DNA of 64,000 bases, taken from the IMG/VR virus record IMGVR_UViG_3300025133_000077, positions 1 to 64,000 of that record. One strand, written 5' to 3'. The stretch's first letter is position 1. Each line of letters opens with the position of its first letter. This document shows positions 17,236 through 27,209 of the stretch, piece after piece. A program made the translations under genes and the position numbers. A model generated the notes under the pieces. That model saw nothing but the letters and a program-made list of their open reading frames with translations, made no database searches and was not told the origin of the DNA. The stretch comes from a virus.

Positions 17236-18566
17236 CCCTGTACACCTTCTGCAGGAGGGACCCGGGCAGCGCCTACATCGACCGGAATCTCTGGCTGCCG
17301 AAGGTGCGGCTGGGCCTCCGGCCTATCAAGCAGCGGCTGTCCTTCCGAGTCGCGACCGGCAAGAACCGGGACAAGATCGTCAAGATGTTCGCCTACCGAG
17401 AGGAGGAACATCACCTGGTTGTGCCCCGCAACTTCATGCCTCCCCAAGAGCTGCTCGACCAAGACATCCCCGTCATCGATCTGCGCCCCGCGTCTTACCC
17501 TCGGGTGGTGATGGCGCACTCCATCATCCCCCGGCCTCATCAGGTGGAGCCGCTCGCGAAGCTGGAGAAGATCGGCGACGGCACCCTGAACGTGGGGTGC
17601 GGCCGAGGCAAGACGGTGATGGCGCTGTACGAGGCCGCTCGAGTGGGCGCCCCGACGATGGTCATCTGCCAGAACAGCTCCATCCTCCAGCAGTGGGAGA
17701 GGGAGATCAACGACAAGCTCGACTTCAACGGAGACGTGCGGTGGGTCAAGGGGAAGGGCCTGCCGGGAGACGACACCTCCTTCGCCCTCGCCACCATCCA
17801 GTCCCTCTACGACCGAGCGGGGGAGCTGCCTCGCAGCTTCACGCACAGGTGGGGGACGGTCATCTTCGACGAGGCTCACCACGTCTCGGCCCCGAAGTTC
17901 TCGAAGGCCGCGGACATCTTCCCAGGGAGGAGGCTGGCGCTCACCGCGACGGCGAAGAGGAACGACGGGCTGGAGAAGATCTACCAGTACCACCTCGGCG
18001 ACATCTTCCACGTGGACCTCACGCAGGACCTGGTGCCGAAGATCATCTTCCTGGAGTTGCCGGGCTTCGAGCCACCGAAGAGCGTGTACGACGACGTCAG
18101 CCTCAAGACCTGGCTGTCCAAGAACCCCGACTACAACGCCATCATCGCCAAGGAGACCCGCGCCGCTTTGAAGAAGGGGCGGACGGTGATGGTGCTCTCA
18201 CATCGAGTCGATCAGCTGCTCGCTCTGGAGAAGCTGGTGCCTGCGGGCAAGGCCATCTACGGGCCCGTCAAGTTGGAGGACCGCGACGAGATCCTCCGCT
18301 CCGCCAACCCCATCTTCGCGTCCATGAACCTCGCCCAGGAAGGGCTTGATCGGCCTCAGCTCGACACCGTGCTGTGTGCCACTCTCTTCAGCAACCCCAA
18401 CTCGTTCCAGCAGGTCGCCGGACGAGCTCTCCGAGAGTTCGCAGGGAAGATGGACCCCGTCATCGTCTTCTGCGTCCCCACCATCCGCCGCTGCCGCAAC
18501 CAAGCGAAGCGGCTCGCTACCTTCGCCCGCAAAGCGGGCTACCCCGTGGAGTACCACCGAGCATGA
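17232..18566 (+). CDS. Superfamily 2 DEAH helicase (UvsW/XPB-like)
   Basis: GCGRGKT, DEAH, TAT, EGLD and QVAGRALR motifs. Confidence 0.9.
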   Translation: MTLYTFCRRDPGSAYIDRNLWLPKVRLGLRPIKQRLSFRVATGKNRDKIVKMFAYREEEHHLVVPRNFMPPQELLDQDIPVIDLRPASYPRVVMAHSIIPRPHQVEPLAKLEKIGDGTLNVGCGRGKTVMALYEAARVGAPTMVICQNSSILQQWEREINDKLDFNGDVRWVKGKGLPGDDTSFALATIQSLYDRAGELPRSFTHRWGTVIFDEAHHVSAPKFSKAADIFPGRRLALTATAKRNDGLEKIYQYHLGDIFHVDLTQDLVPKIIFLELPGFEPPKSVYDDVSLKTWLSKNPDYNAIIAKETRAALKKGRTVMVLSHRVDQLLALEKLVPAGKAIYGPVKLEDRDEILRSANPIFASMNLAQEGLDRPQLDTVLCATLFSNPNSFQQVAGRALREFAGKMDPVIVFCVPTIRRCRNQAKRLATFARKAGYPVEYHRA

Positions 18567-18970
18567 GCAACACCAAGAAGAACGTCAGCAAGCTGGCCGT
18601 CGTGATGATGGTCAACCGGACCGCCTGGATCGGCAAGATCTACGACACCGACGAGCCGCCGACCATGATCCGGGACGCATCCATCGCGTTCCTGAACCCG
18701 CAGAAGGGCCCGCAGCCGGACATGATGGCGCTGTACCCCATCCGCATGCCCTACGGGCTCGCCGGCGAGACGCTGAAGCGTCTCCGCCTGAACCCCGTCA
18801 ACGTGGAGTCCTGGGCCTTCGTCGAGGACATGACCGCCCTGGACCAGAAGCAGATCAAGGGCTTCCTCAAGATCCAGAACGAGCGCGAGTCCAACGACGG
18901 CGCCACGGCGGCCGGGATCGTCCTGCCCACCGGACAGGACATGGAGGCCATCCGCCGAGGCCGCCGATGA
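18563..18970 (+). CDS. Hypothetical protein (possibly Sm-like)
   Basis: ATGA-coupled; C-terminal AGIVLP motif; strong GC3 bias. Confidence 0.6.
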   Translation: MSNTKKNVSKLAVVMMVNRTAWIGKIYDTDEPPTMIRDASIAFLNPQKGPQPDMMALYPIRMPYGLAGETLKRLRLNPVNVESWAFVEDMTALDQKQIKGFLKIQNERESNDGATAAGIVLPTGQDMEAIRRGRR

Positions 18971-19713
18971 TTCCGACGCTCAAGGATCTCTTCGAGATCT
19001 ACGTCACCAACGAGTGCGACAAGTGCCCGCGGTTGGTGGAGAGCAGGACCAGCCTCGTGTTCGGTGAGGGGCACCTCGACCCGGACATCGTGGTGGTCGG
19101 GGAGGCTCCGGGGTACTGGGAAGACGACCTGGCTCGCCCCTTCGTGGGTCAGTCAGGCGTCCTCCTGGACTCCTTCCTCGCCTACTTCGGCCGGAAGTCC
19201 AACTCCTCCCTCTGGGCCGTCGGCGAGTCCGTCTCCAAGGGGAAGGAGCTCTCCGGCGACGTCGCCGACACCGTTCGTGATGCCCTCATCGAGACGGAGA
19301 AGGTGCACTACCTGAACGCCGTGCTCTGCCGGCCGCCGGAGAACGTGGCGCCCAACCGCCTGGAGCTGGAGGCCTGCCGAGAACGGCTCGTCCAGACCAT
19401 CTACCGCCTGGACCCCCTGATCGTGCTGGCGTGCGGCAAGGGGGCCGCCAAGTCCCTGCTCGGGAAGACGCTGAACGTGCAGGACAACCGGGGCCAGGTC
19501 TTCGACCTCGAAATCCCGGGGGTAACTGGCGGCATCAGGTACCCGATGCTCCTGACGTACCACCCCTCTTACGTCAATCGCGTGGGGGACTTCTTGAGCA
19601 AGACCGGGCCGGGTGTGCAGTTCGCGGAAGACCTCGAACGGCTCTTCACCCTGACCGATGAGACCCGACATCTGACCTGTGGCATGGAGATGCCCGAGAG
19701 GAGGAAGTGGTGA
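18967..19713 (+). CDS. Uracil-DNA glycosylase, family 4 (4Fe-4S)
   Basis: CDKC, VFGEG, GEAPG, PFVGQSG, NAVLCRPP and YHPS motifs. Confidence 0.92.
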   Translation: MIPTLKDLFEIYVTNECDKCPRLVESRTSLVFGEGHLDPDIVVVGEAPGYWEDDLARPFVGQSGVLLDSFLAYFGRKSNSSLWAVGESVSKGKELSGDVADTVRDALIETEKVHYLNAVLCRPPENVAPNRLELEACRERLVQTIYRLDPLIVLACGKGAAKSLLGKTLNVQDNRGQVFDLEIPGVTGGIRYPMLLTYHPSYVNRVGDFLSKTGPGVQFAEDLERLFTLTDETRHLTCGMEMPERRKW

Positions 19714-20177
19714 TCCCGAAGAACGTGGAAGACGTGGACACCAGCGCTGCCGAAGAGGCGGTGCAGGCGTTCGAGGAAGCGGAGGAAGAGTTCAAGGCTC
19801 TCCTCCAGGACATCAAGGACAGCCTGGGAGAGGACTGGTACGAGTACCTCCTCGAGACCATGGACAAGCGGCGGACCCTCTGCACCCGGGCGCGGCAGGC
19901 CGTGCGCGGGGTGAAGACGGGGGTGGGCAACTTCGGCGTCCGCGCCGTCACGAAGAACGCATGGGACCCGGCGGCGGCCGTGGAGCTGGCTCGGGTCCGC
20001 GACGAGCGGGACGAGCTCATCGACGCCGGGGTGCTGAAGTACTCCTTCGACCACAAGCGCGCGAGCGAGGTCCTCGAGCCGCACGTCATGGCCATCTACA
20101 AGGAGAAGGCGCACAGCACCTACCCCGGCACCACGCAGGTCCTCGGCCCGAAGCCGGACGATGACCTCTTCAAGTAG
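19707..20177 (+). CDS. Hypothetical protein
   Basis: Coupled ORF with GAGG SD and coding-like codon bias; acidic coiled-coil N-terminus. Confidence 0.65.
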   Translation: MVIPKNVEDVDTSAAEEAVQAFEEAEEEFKALLQDIKDSLGEDWYEYLLETMDKRRTLCTRARQAVRGVKTGVGNFGVRAVTKNAWDPAAAVELARVRDERDELIDAGVLKYSFDHKRASEVLEPHVMAIYKEKAHSTYPGTTQVLGPKPDDDLFK

Positions 20178-20514
20178 GACGACGCCCCGCATCATGATCC
20201 GGCGCAGCGCTGTGAAATCCGGGATGGCCCCGGAGGACCAGTTCTGCGACGATTTCCAGCCCTCGGAGGAGCACATGGACAAGGCGAAGAAACTGGTGGG
20301 CAACGGCAAGGCGGAAGTGTCCGTCGGCATGGACATGGGGGAGAAGGACTTCGGCAACGGCTTCGGCGTCTTCGTCTCCGTGAAGCTCACATGCAACCAG
20401 GACGAGAACTCGATCGATGCGGCGCAGGCCCTCGGCCAGGAGATGGTCAAGAGCTACATCGAGATGCAGCACGGAGAGGCGAAGGACCTGTACCAGTACC
20501 TCGCGGGAACCTGA
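20161..20514 (+). CDS. Hypothetical protein
   Basis: Fills the operon; GC3-rich codons. Confidence 0.6.
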   Translation: MTSSSRTTPRIMIRRSAVKSGMAPEDQFCDDFQPSEEHMDKAKKLVGNGKAEVSVGMDMGEKDFGNGFGVFVSVKLTCNQDENSIDAAQALGQEMVKSYIEMQHGEAKDLYQYLAGT

Positions 20515-20762
20515 TGGGGCTGCCCATCGCCGAGAACGACCTCTTCACCGCCAGCCTGATCAAGCTCGAACTCGAGCGGGCTGACGGAACGGGGGCCGTG
20601 TTCCAGCTGATGTACGAGGTCGAGATCCGCAATCGGAGTACCGGCGTTCACGCCGTGCTCCGTGCGCGGGACCTTCCTCCGGACATCCAGGGGCACCTCC
20701 AGGAACTGCGCGCCATGCTCGAGCAGCACGCCGGCGAGAGGCTCTTTTCAACCGGCACGTAG
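20514..20762 (+). CDS. Hypothetical protein
   Basis: TGATG coupling; begins MGLPIAEND. Confidence 0.55.
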   Translation: MGLPIAENDLFTASLIKLELERADGTGAVFQLMYEVEIRNRSTGVHAVLRARDLPPDIQGHLQELRAMLEQHAGERLFSTGT

Positions 20763-20770
20763 GAGACGCA

Positions 20771-22201
20771 GTGGCAGCGCTGGAACCCACCCTGATCTCC
20801 AACATCCTGCGAGACCAGACCCTGAAGCCCGTCATCGAGGCGGGCATCACTGAAGCCGACTTCCAGACCCTCGAGGGGGCTGAGTGGTTCCGGTTCATCT
20901 ACCGACACTTCCGGAACCGATCTACCTACGGGCAGATCCCCAGTACCGGGCAGTTCAAGAGGAGGTTCCGGGGGTTCGACTTCTCTCCCTCCACCGACTC
21001 CATCGCGTCGCTCTGCCAGGAGCTGCGGGACAACCAGATGGTCCTGGAGGGGGCGGACCTCGCCGACAAGATCCAAGACCTCCTGGACGACGACGACCTG
21101 GACGACGTGCTGTCCAACCTCTCGGGCTTCCTGCGCAAGTGGACGTCCAAGCGAGCGGACGGAGGTGACCTCGACCTCGCACAGGCCGTCGGCACCCTCA
21201 AGGACCAGTACTACGCCGTGAAGGACGGCGACGGACTGCTGGGCATCCCCTACCCCTGGGAGCCAGTGAACAACGAGACGCTGGGCATGCTCGCCGGGCA
21301 GCTCATCATCATCTACGGCCGGCCGAAGGCGATGAAGACCTGGGTGGCGCTGTACATCGCCGTCTACGCCTACCTGTTCTGTGGGGCGAGGGTGCTGTTC
21401 TACAGCCGCGAGATGGACCGGGTGCAGATCCTGCGACGTGCTTCCAGCATCGTCGTCGGGCTCGACTACCGGGACATCAAGCGGGCCTCCCTCACCGACG
21501 TGGCAGAGCAGGAACTCTGGGGCGCGATGGAGGAACTCTCCGAAGGAGAGGACCTGGGCAACGGGCAGCGCAGTCGCTTCGTCATCTCGAACGACCGCGG
21601 AGCCAACAACGCCGCGACCGTGGACTTGATCTTCCAGAAGGCGCGGGACTACGAAGTCGACCTCGTGGTCGTCGACGCGGTCTACAAGCTCCAGGACGGG
21701 AGAACGAGCAAGAGGGACGCCGACTGGAAGACCCAGATGCACGTGCTCCAGGACATCAAGGACGGTGCCGTGGACATGGGCATCCCCGCCATCGCGGTCA
21801 CCCAGGCCAACCGCTCCGCTGCCAAGAACAACGTGAAGCAGGTGGACACCTCTGAGGTGGCGTTCACCGATGCAGCGGGCATGGAGTGCGACGGCATGTT
21901 CCGGGTCATCAAGGGGACCGACCCAGAGACAGGAGAGAACGAGCTGGCCCTGGTGTGGGCGGCGACTCGAGACGAGGAGCTCGACGCCATCCTCATCAAC
22001 GGCCAGCCCGGCTACAACTTCCGACTCAAGCGGGAGCACATCACTCTCGACGAGCTGGTGGAGCGCAAAGCGCAGGAGGACAAGGACCTGAGTGCGGGAG
22101 ACCCCGCACCCAAGAAGACAGGCAGAGCAGCTGGTCGTCGGAGCGCGCGCGGCAGGTCCGCCGTGTCGCTGGCACGCCAGGGAGCCAAGAGGAAGAAGTG
22201 A
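20771..22201 (+). CDS. DnaB-like (SF4) replicative helicase
   Basis: GIPYPW..N..TLG; Walker A variant GRPKAMKT; SREM; Walker B VVVD; VTQANR. Confidence 0.88.
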   Translation: MAALEPTLISNILRDQTLKPVIEAGITEADFQTLEGAEWFRFIYRHFRNRSTYGQIPSTGQFKRRFRGFDFSPSTDSIASLCQELRDNQMVLEGADLADKIQDLLDDDDLDDVLSNLSGFLRKWTSKRADGGDLDLAQAVGTLKDQYYAVKDGDGLLGIPYPWEPVNNETLGMLAGQLIIIYGRPKAMKTWVALYIAVYAYLFCGARVLFYSREMDRVQILRRASSIVVGLDYRDIKRASLTDVAEQELWGAMEELSEGEDLGNGQRSRFVISNDRGANNAATVDLIFQKARDYEVDLVVVDAVYKLQDGRTSKRDADWKTQMHVLQDIKDGAVDMGIPAIAVTQANRSAAKNNVKQVDTSEVAFTDAAGMECDGMFRVIKGTDPETGENELALVWAATRDEELDAILINGQPGYNFRLKREHITLDELVERKAQEDKDLSAGDPAPKKTGRAAGRRSARGRSAVSLARQGAKRKK

Positions 22202-23196
22202 ACGTCTCCTCCGTCGTCCGCCGCATCGCAGACGAACACCTCACTCGGTACAGGGAAGGAGCGGATCACGAGATCATCGGCTGCTGCCCCCTCCACGAGG
22301 ACAGCAGTCCCTCCTTCGCCATCAACGAGAAGACGGGGCTCTGGTGTTGCTACGGCGGCTGCGGTGGAGGGAGCCTCACCTACCTGCTCTACCGGCTGGA
22401 GTACAGCCGGCGGAACATCGACCGGCTCGTCGAGCCGATCAGGGCCCAGCTCCAGCGCCCACCCAAGAAGAGGATCAAGGATGTCGCGGACCCCTTCCGC
22501 GCACTCCACCCTCTTCCTGAAGCGCTGCTGGGCGTCTACGACGTCGACCGGCCGCACCCCATGCTCGTCGACATCTTCGAGGCAGATCTGCTTCGTCGGT
22601 ACGACGTGGGGTACGACCGGCACAACCACCGCATCACCTTCCCCATCAGGGATCTGTACGGGAACCTCGCAGGGTTCAGCGGGAGGGCCACGGCCCGTAC
22701 CCCGCCGGGCCCCGGCGGAGACATCCCGAAGTACAAGATCTACGACAAGGAGCTCATCCAGGACTACCCCGACTACAAGATCGACCGCGCAAGGCACCTG
22801 TACAACGCCGACCACGTCTACCCGAAGCTCTACTACTCCCGCGAGGAGGAGTGGCTGATTCTGGTGGAGGGGTTCAAGGCCGCGCTCTGGCTCATCCAGT
22901 GCGGCTTCCCCAACGTGGTGGCCTTCATGGGCGCCTCCCTCACCAACTCCGGGACAGCGTTGATCCAACGGATGACAGACCGCGTCATCCTCTTTCTGGA
23001 CAACGACATCACCGGACGGAAGAAGACCACCAAGGTGGGACGGATTCTGTCCGGGCCTGTCCGTAGACTGAAGGTCGTCGAGTACCCCTTCGACGCCTTC
23101 GCCCAACCCGATCACTTCGACCAAGAAGAGCTGACCTGGCTCTTCGATGACCACTGCCTGCCGTTTCGACGGTGGGCCAGGAGATACGCAGCATGA
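22198..23196 (+). CDS. DnaG-like primase
   Basis: CHC2 finger CPLHEDSSPSF...CYGGC; ITFPIRD..G...GFSGR; PKY; TOPRIM VEG...FLDND..G. Confidence 0.9.
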   Translation: MNVSSVVRRIADEHLTRYREGADHEIIGCCPLHEDSSPSFAINEKTGLWCCYGGCGGGSLTYLLYRLEYSRRNIDRLVEPIRAQLQRPPKKRIKDVADPFRALHPLPEALLGVYDVDRPHPMLVDIFEADLLRRYDVGYDRHNHRITFPIRDLYGNLAGFSGRATARTPPGPGGDIPKYKIYDKELIQDYPDYKIDRARHLYNADHVYPKLYYSREEEWLILVEGFKAALWLIQCGFPNVVAFMGASLTNSGTALIQRMTDRVILFLDNDITGRKKTTKVGRILSGPVRRLKVVEYPFDAFAQPDHFDQEELTWLFDDHCLPFRRWARRYAA

Positions 23197-24536
23197 GCAC
23201 TTTCCGTTCCCGCACCCGCCGTTCCCGCAACGCCTCCAGCAAGCGCCGTGGAGGAGGCGGTGCCCGCGCCTTCTTCTCCGACGAGATCCGCTTCAAGTCG
23301 GTCCCCGTCAAGACCAGCGGCATCCCGACGCTCTTCATCGACGCCAAGTACCCGAACCCCCGCGGCGACGCGGGTGAGTGGGACGCCGAGTCGCCGTACT
23401 ACGTCTACAAGCAGGGCACCGCGGTCATCAAGGTCCGCGGGGAGTTCAAGGGCATGCGGACCGACTGCATGCCGGGCTCCATCAAGGCCCCCGACGAGAC
23501 CTACCCGGCCGACGACCCGCGCGTCTACCACAACCGGGACGACTTCCAGGACTCCTTCTGGAACTACCTGGACGACCAGAACGACGCCCGGATCAGCATC
23601 GGCTACAAGAACGTGCTGAACCTGCTGGACCTCCGGCCCCACCACGAGGTCGAGAAGACCAACCGGGACGGGGACATCATCAAGAAGCAGAGCGGCGACG
23701 CCGTGATGCACCGCGTCCCCTACGAGAAGGGCGGGGAGTACGACGGGGAGCCGATCGTCGTCGGTCGCCGGGGCTACTCGGTGTTCGGCGCCCGGCACAT
23801 CGAGCAGGTCATGGACCTGGAGCTGCAGGTCGAGGACTTCTGCCGCTCCTGCCGCGACGGGATCATCGTCCGGGAGGCCTTCATCTGCTCGCGCTGCGAC
23901 GAGGTGATGGTCGACCTCACCCAGGCCAACCTGAGCGAGGAGGAGGCGGAGAAGATCTACCAGACCGGCATGAAGTGCCCGCACTGCAAGGGCGCGGGCG
24001 TCTACCCCGAGGAGCTCCTCGGCTGCCGCATCCCCGACGACGAGGGCGACCCCTCCGACGACGTCTGCTGCGATCAGCCCTCCCGGGCGTCGCTGTTCGA
24101 CGTGGTGTGGCACGTCCGCAAGACCGGGACGGGCACCGACACGGCCGTCAGCTCGTACCGGAAGGGCAAGGACCGGAGCTGGGTCTGGCTGGAGAACTTC
24201 GAGGTCCTGGACGGCGAGGCGCTCATCGATCCCGAGTTCGAGGTCGAGGAGACCGAGACCGGGTTCAAGCCGAAGTACGTGTGGCACGAGGACGTCGCGA
24301 AGATGCTCACGCCCTACGACTTCAACAAGGTGCGCAACATCGGAGTCAAGGGCCTGCCGAACCACAACCTCGCCGACTTCCTCGGCATCGACCTGACCGG
24401 CGACCTCGCCGAGTACAACGACAAGAAGGCCGGGGATAAGGACGACGGCGGCAACAGCCGCGGTGGTGGCGGGGGCTCCCGGCGCTCCGGCTCCGGTCGT
24501 CGCTCCAGCCGCGGTGGCTCCGGCAGCCGTTACTGA
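23193..24536 (+). CDS. Putative single-stranded DNA-binding protein with multiple Zn motifs
   Basis: Lies between primase and polymerase; acidic/aromatic core; RKTGTGTDT; CRSC, CSRC, CPHC. Function is inferred from context only. Confidence 0.5.
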   Translation: MSTFRSRTRRSRNASSKRRGGGGARAFFSDEIRFKSVPVKTSGIPTLFIDAKYPNPRGDAGEWDAESPYYVYKQGTAVIKVRGEFKGMRTDCMPGSIKAPDETYPADDPRVYHNRDDFQDSFWNYLDDQNDARISIGYKNVLNLLDLRPHHEVEKTNRDGDIIKKQSGDAVMHRVPYEKGGEYDGEPIVVGRRGYSVFGARHIEQVMDLELQVEDFCRSCRDGIIVREAFICSRCDEVMVDLTQANLSEEEAEKIYQTGMKCPHCKGAGVYPEELLGCRIPDDEGDPSDDVCCDQPSRASLFDVVWHVRKTGTGTDTAVSSYRKGKDRSWVWLENFEVLDGEALIDPEFEVEETETGFKPKYVWHEDVAKMLTPYDFNKVRNIGVKGLPNHNLADFLGIDLTGDLAEYNDKKAGDKDDGGNSRGGGGGSRRSGSGRRSSRGGSGSRY

Positions 24537-24548
24537 TCAACCTGAGCC

Positions 24549-24574
24549 TGGGGCGGCCCTTCGGGGCCGCCCCA
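24549..24574 (+). terminator. Intercistronic C(UUCG)G hairpin
   Basis: Perfect 11-bp stem TGGGGCGGCCC-TTCG-GGGCCGCCCCA between the putative SSB and the polymerase; no U-tract. Confidence 0.7.
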
Positions 24575-24587
24575 TTGGAGGACCTCG

Positions 24588-26603
24588 ATGCTCCGACCTC
24601 CTGCAGAGTTCGTGGACACCCAGGAGAAGGCCGAGAAGGTCCTCCGTTACCTGATGAAGCACCGGCGCGTGGGCGTCGACACCGAGACCACCGGCCTCAA
24701 GATCCACCGGGACGTCGTCCTGTTCTGGGGCCTCGCGACGATGGATCGTCGCTTCTGCATTCTGGGGGACCTGCTCCCCTACTTCTCGCCGCTCTTCATG
24801 GCCAAGAACATCACCAAGGTGTTCACCAACGCCAAGTACGACCGGCACATCATCGCCAACTCCGGCGGCGGCCTCTTCCAGGGACGGATCGTCTGCACGC
24901 TGGTCCAGGACTGGCTGCTGGACGAGAACCGCCGGAGCCACGGCCTCAAGCAGTGCGTCAAGGATCACTTCGGCGACCCCATGCCGGCCTTCAAGGACGT
25001 GTTCGGCAAGGCCGTGCGCGCTGAGAACCAGGCCGGCGAGATGCTGGCGATGCTCCACTCCCCGATCCAAGAGGAACGGGACAAGGCCATCGAGTACACC
25101 AGCCGTGACCCCTGGGAGTCCCTGCGGCTCGCCAACCACCTGGAAGCGCAGCTCGAAGAGCAGGTGGTCGACGACGGCGGCTACAACCTGCTCCAGCACT
25201 ACTGGGACGTGGAGGAGCCCTTCGGCCAGGTGCTCTGGAACATGGAGCGCCGCGGGGTGATGATCAACTCCGACTACCTGGAGGAGATCGCCCCCGGCAT
25301 CGAGGAGCAGATCGACCTGATCGAGCGGAAGATGAACCGGGCTGCCGGCCGCGTCGTGAACCTCAAGTCCACGCCCCAGCTCCGCGAGCTCTTCTTCGAC
25401 CAGCTCGGGGTGATGCCCACCAAGTTCGGCAAGCCCCACGCCAAGACCGGCAAGGTCATGCCGTCCTGCGACAAGGAGATCTTGGCCGCCTGGGCGGAGG
25501 GAGACATCGGCTTCTGGGACGGCGAGCGGGAGATTCAGGGCGACGAGGAGGACGTGGCCTACGTCCAGGACCTCGCCGGCGCCTTGACCGAGCACCGCGG
25601 GCTGTCGAAGTTCCTGGGGACCTACGTGCACGGCATGGAGCCGTTCATCGATGAGAACTTCCGCATCCACGGGGTGATCAACCAGCACATCACGCGCACC
25701 GGGCGCATCTCGATGAGCAAGCCCAACCTCACCAACATCCCTCGCCTGGAGAACGACAAGTTCGGCATCCGCTACGCCTTCATCGCCGACGGAGGGCGCA
25801 CCCTGCTGGTGCGCGACTACGAGCAGCTCGAGATGCGGGTCATGGCCCACTTCTCCGGCGACAAGAACATGATCCAGACCATCCGCAGCGGGAAGGACAT
25901 GCACGCGTTCACCGTCGGTGAGATGCCGATGGGCTTCTCCTACGCCGAGGTGGTGGCGGCCAAGGCGAAGAAGGACGCCGGGCTCCCGCTGACGGCGCGG
26001 GAGAAGGAGGCGTGCACGAAGAGGACGGGCGCCAAGGCTGTGGGCTTCGGCCTCATCTACGGCATCGGGGAGGTGAAGCTCGGGCGTCAGCTCGGACTGC
26101 CCATCATCGTCCGCATCGACAAGAAGGGGAACAAGCGCGAGACCTGCCCCGAGGCGAAGAAGCTGATCGGCCACTACTTCGGGGTCTTCCCCGGAGCCAA
26201 GCGGTTCATCAAGGACACGCACAGCTGGACCCACAGCGAAGGCTACGTCCAGACCTACCTCGGCCGGTTCCGTCGGCTGCCCACGATCTTCTCCAGCAAC
26301 CGGCGGTTGTCGACTCAGGCCGAGCGCCAGTCGGTCAACTCCATCATCCAGGGGAGCGCGGCCGACATCGTGAAGATGGCGATGATCAAGTGCGAGAACG
26401 ACCCCGATCTGCAGGCCGTGGATGCGCGGATGCTGCTGCAGATCCACGACGAGCTGATGTTCAGCGTCCCCGACCACGACGACATCAAGTCCGACGTGGA
26501 CCGGAGGGTGCAGGAACACATGGAGAGCCCGTTCAACGAAGAGCTGGCCACGGCCCTGCCTACGTCGGGCGGCTACGCCGTGAGCTGGGGAGAAGCCAAG
26601 TAG
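24588..26603 (+). CDS. polA: Family A DNA polymerase (3'-5' exonuclease plus polymerase, no 5' nuclease)
   Basis: Exo motifs DTETTGL, NAKYD, YTSRD; TGRIS..PNL; motif A DYEQLEMR; motif B KAVGFGLIYG; motif C IHDE. Confidence 0.95.
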   Translation: MLRPPAEFVDTQEKAEKVLRYLMKHRRVGVDTETTGLKIHRDVVLFWGLATMDRRFCILGDLLPYFSPLFMAKNITKVFTNAKYDRHIIANSGGGLFQGRIVCTLVQDWLLDENRRSHGLKQCVKDHFGDPMPAFKDVFGKAVRAENQAGEMLAMLHSPIQEERDKAIEYTSRDPWESLRLANHLEAQLEEQVVDDGGYNLLQHYWDVEEPFGQVLWNMERRGVMINSDYLEEIAPGIEEQIDLIERKMNRAAGRVVNLKSTPQLRELFFDQLGVMPTKFGKPHAKTGKVMPSCDKEILAAWAEGDIGFWDGEREIQGDEEDVAYVQDLAGALTEHRGLSKFLGTYVHGMEPFIDENFRIHGVINQHITRTGRISMSKPNLTNIPRLENDKFGIRYAFIADGGRTLLVRDYEQLEMRVMAHFSGDKNMIQTIRSGKDMHAFTVGEMPMGFSYAEVVAAKAKKDAGLPLTAREKEACTKRTGAKAVGFGLIYGIGEVKLGRQLGLPIIVRIDKKGNKRETCPEAKKLIGHYFGVFPGAKRFIKDTHSWTHSEGYVQTYLGRFRRLPTIFSSNRRLSTQAERQSVNSIIQGSAADIVKMAMIKCENDPDLQAVDARMLLQIHDELMFSVPDHDDIKSDVDRRVQEHMESPFNEELATALPTSGGYAVSWGEAK

Positions 26604-26639
26604 AAAATAACTCATTTCGGATTGGGGTATGCTGGCGCC

Positions 26640-27209
26640 ATGAAGAGATTCTCGGACCGTTTGAAGGAGAAGGGCGTCGTAATGCGCCCCGCCAGCGTCC
26701 CCAACCCCATCGTGCGCTCCGAGGAAGGCGTGTGGGTGATCGTAGAGGCCCGGGACAGGTCAGAGCGCTGCCGCTTCCTCGTAGACGAGGACGTCTATGC
26801 CGCGCTGGTGGCTCCCCACAGGTGGAACGTGGGGGGCGTAGAGCGCAACCGCGTCTACCACTCGGGGCGCACGCCCTCCGGCAACTCCACGGTGCTGCTG
26901 GCAAGGTTCATCTTCGACCCGCCCGCAGACCGCGAGGTCGACCACATCAACGGTGATCCCCTGGACAATCGCTACGAGAACCTGCGGGTCGCGACCCGCA
27001 AGCAGAACGAGGAGAACCGCCATGTGTCGCGGGGCAAGAGCAAGTACCGCGGCGTGCACCCCTGCAAGCAGACGGGACGATGGAGGGCCCAGGTGACCCA
27101 CAACTACACGGCGCACAAGAGCCCTCGCTTCGACACCGAGGAAGAGGCTCGTGCATGGGCAGTCGCAAAGCGGGACGAGCTGTTCACCCACCACCGGCAG
27201 TCCTCATGA
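26640..27209 (+). CDS. HNH endonuclease with C-terminal AP2 domain (free-standing homing endonuclease)
   Basis: VDHINGDPLDNRYENLR; SKYRGV...GRWRAQV...FDTEEEA. Confidence 0.9.
   Translation: MKRFSDRLKEKGVVMRPASVPNPIVRSEEGVWVIVEARDRSERCRFLVDEDVYAALVAPHRWNVGGVERNRVYHSGRTPSGNSTVLLARFIFDPPADREVDHINGDPLDNRYENLRVATRKQNEENRHVSRGKSKYRGVHPCKQTGRWRAQVTHNYTAHKSPRFDTEEEARAWAVAKRDELFTHHRQSS

Noticed and set aside
24432-24440. GGGGATAAG as another copy of the candidate promoter
   Set aside because: It lies within coding sequence (GDK), about 150 nt from the next start and upstream of a strong hairpin, so it is probably coincidental.
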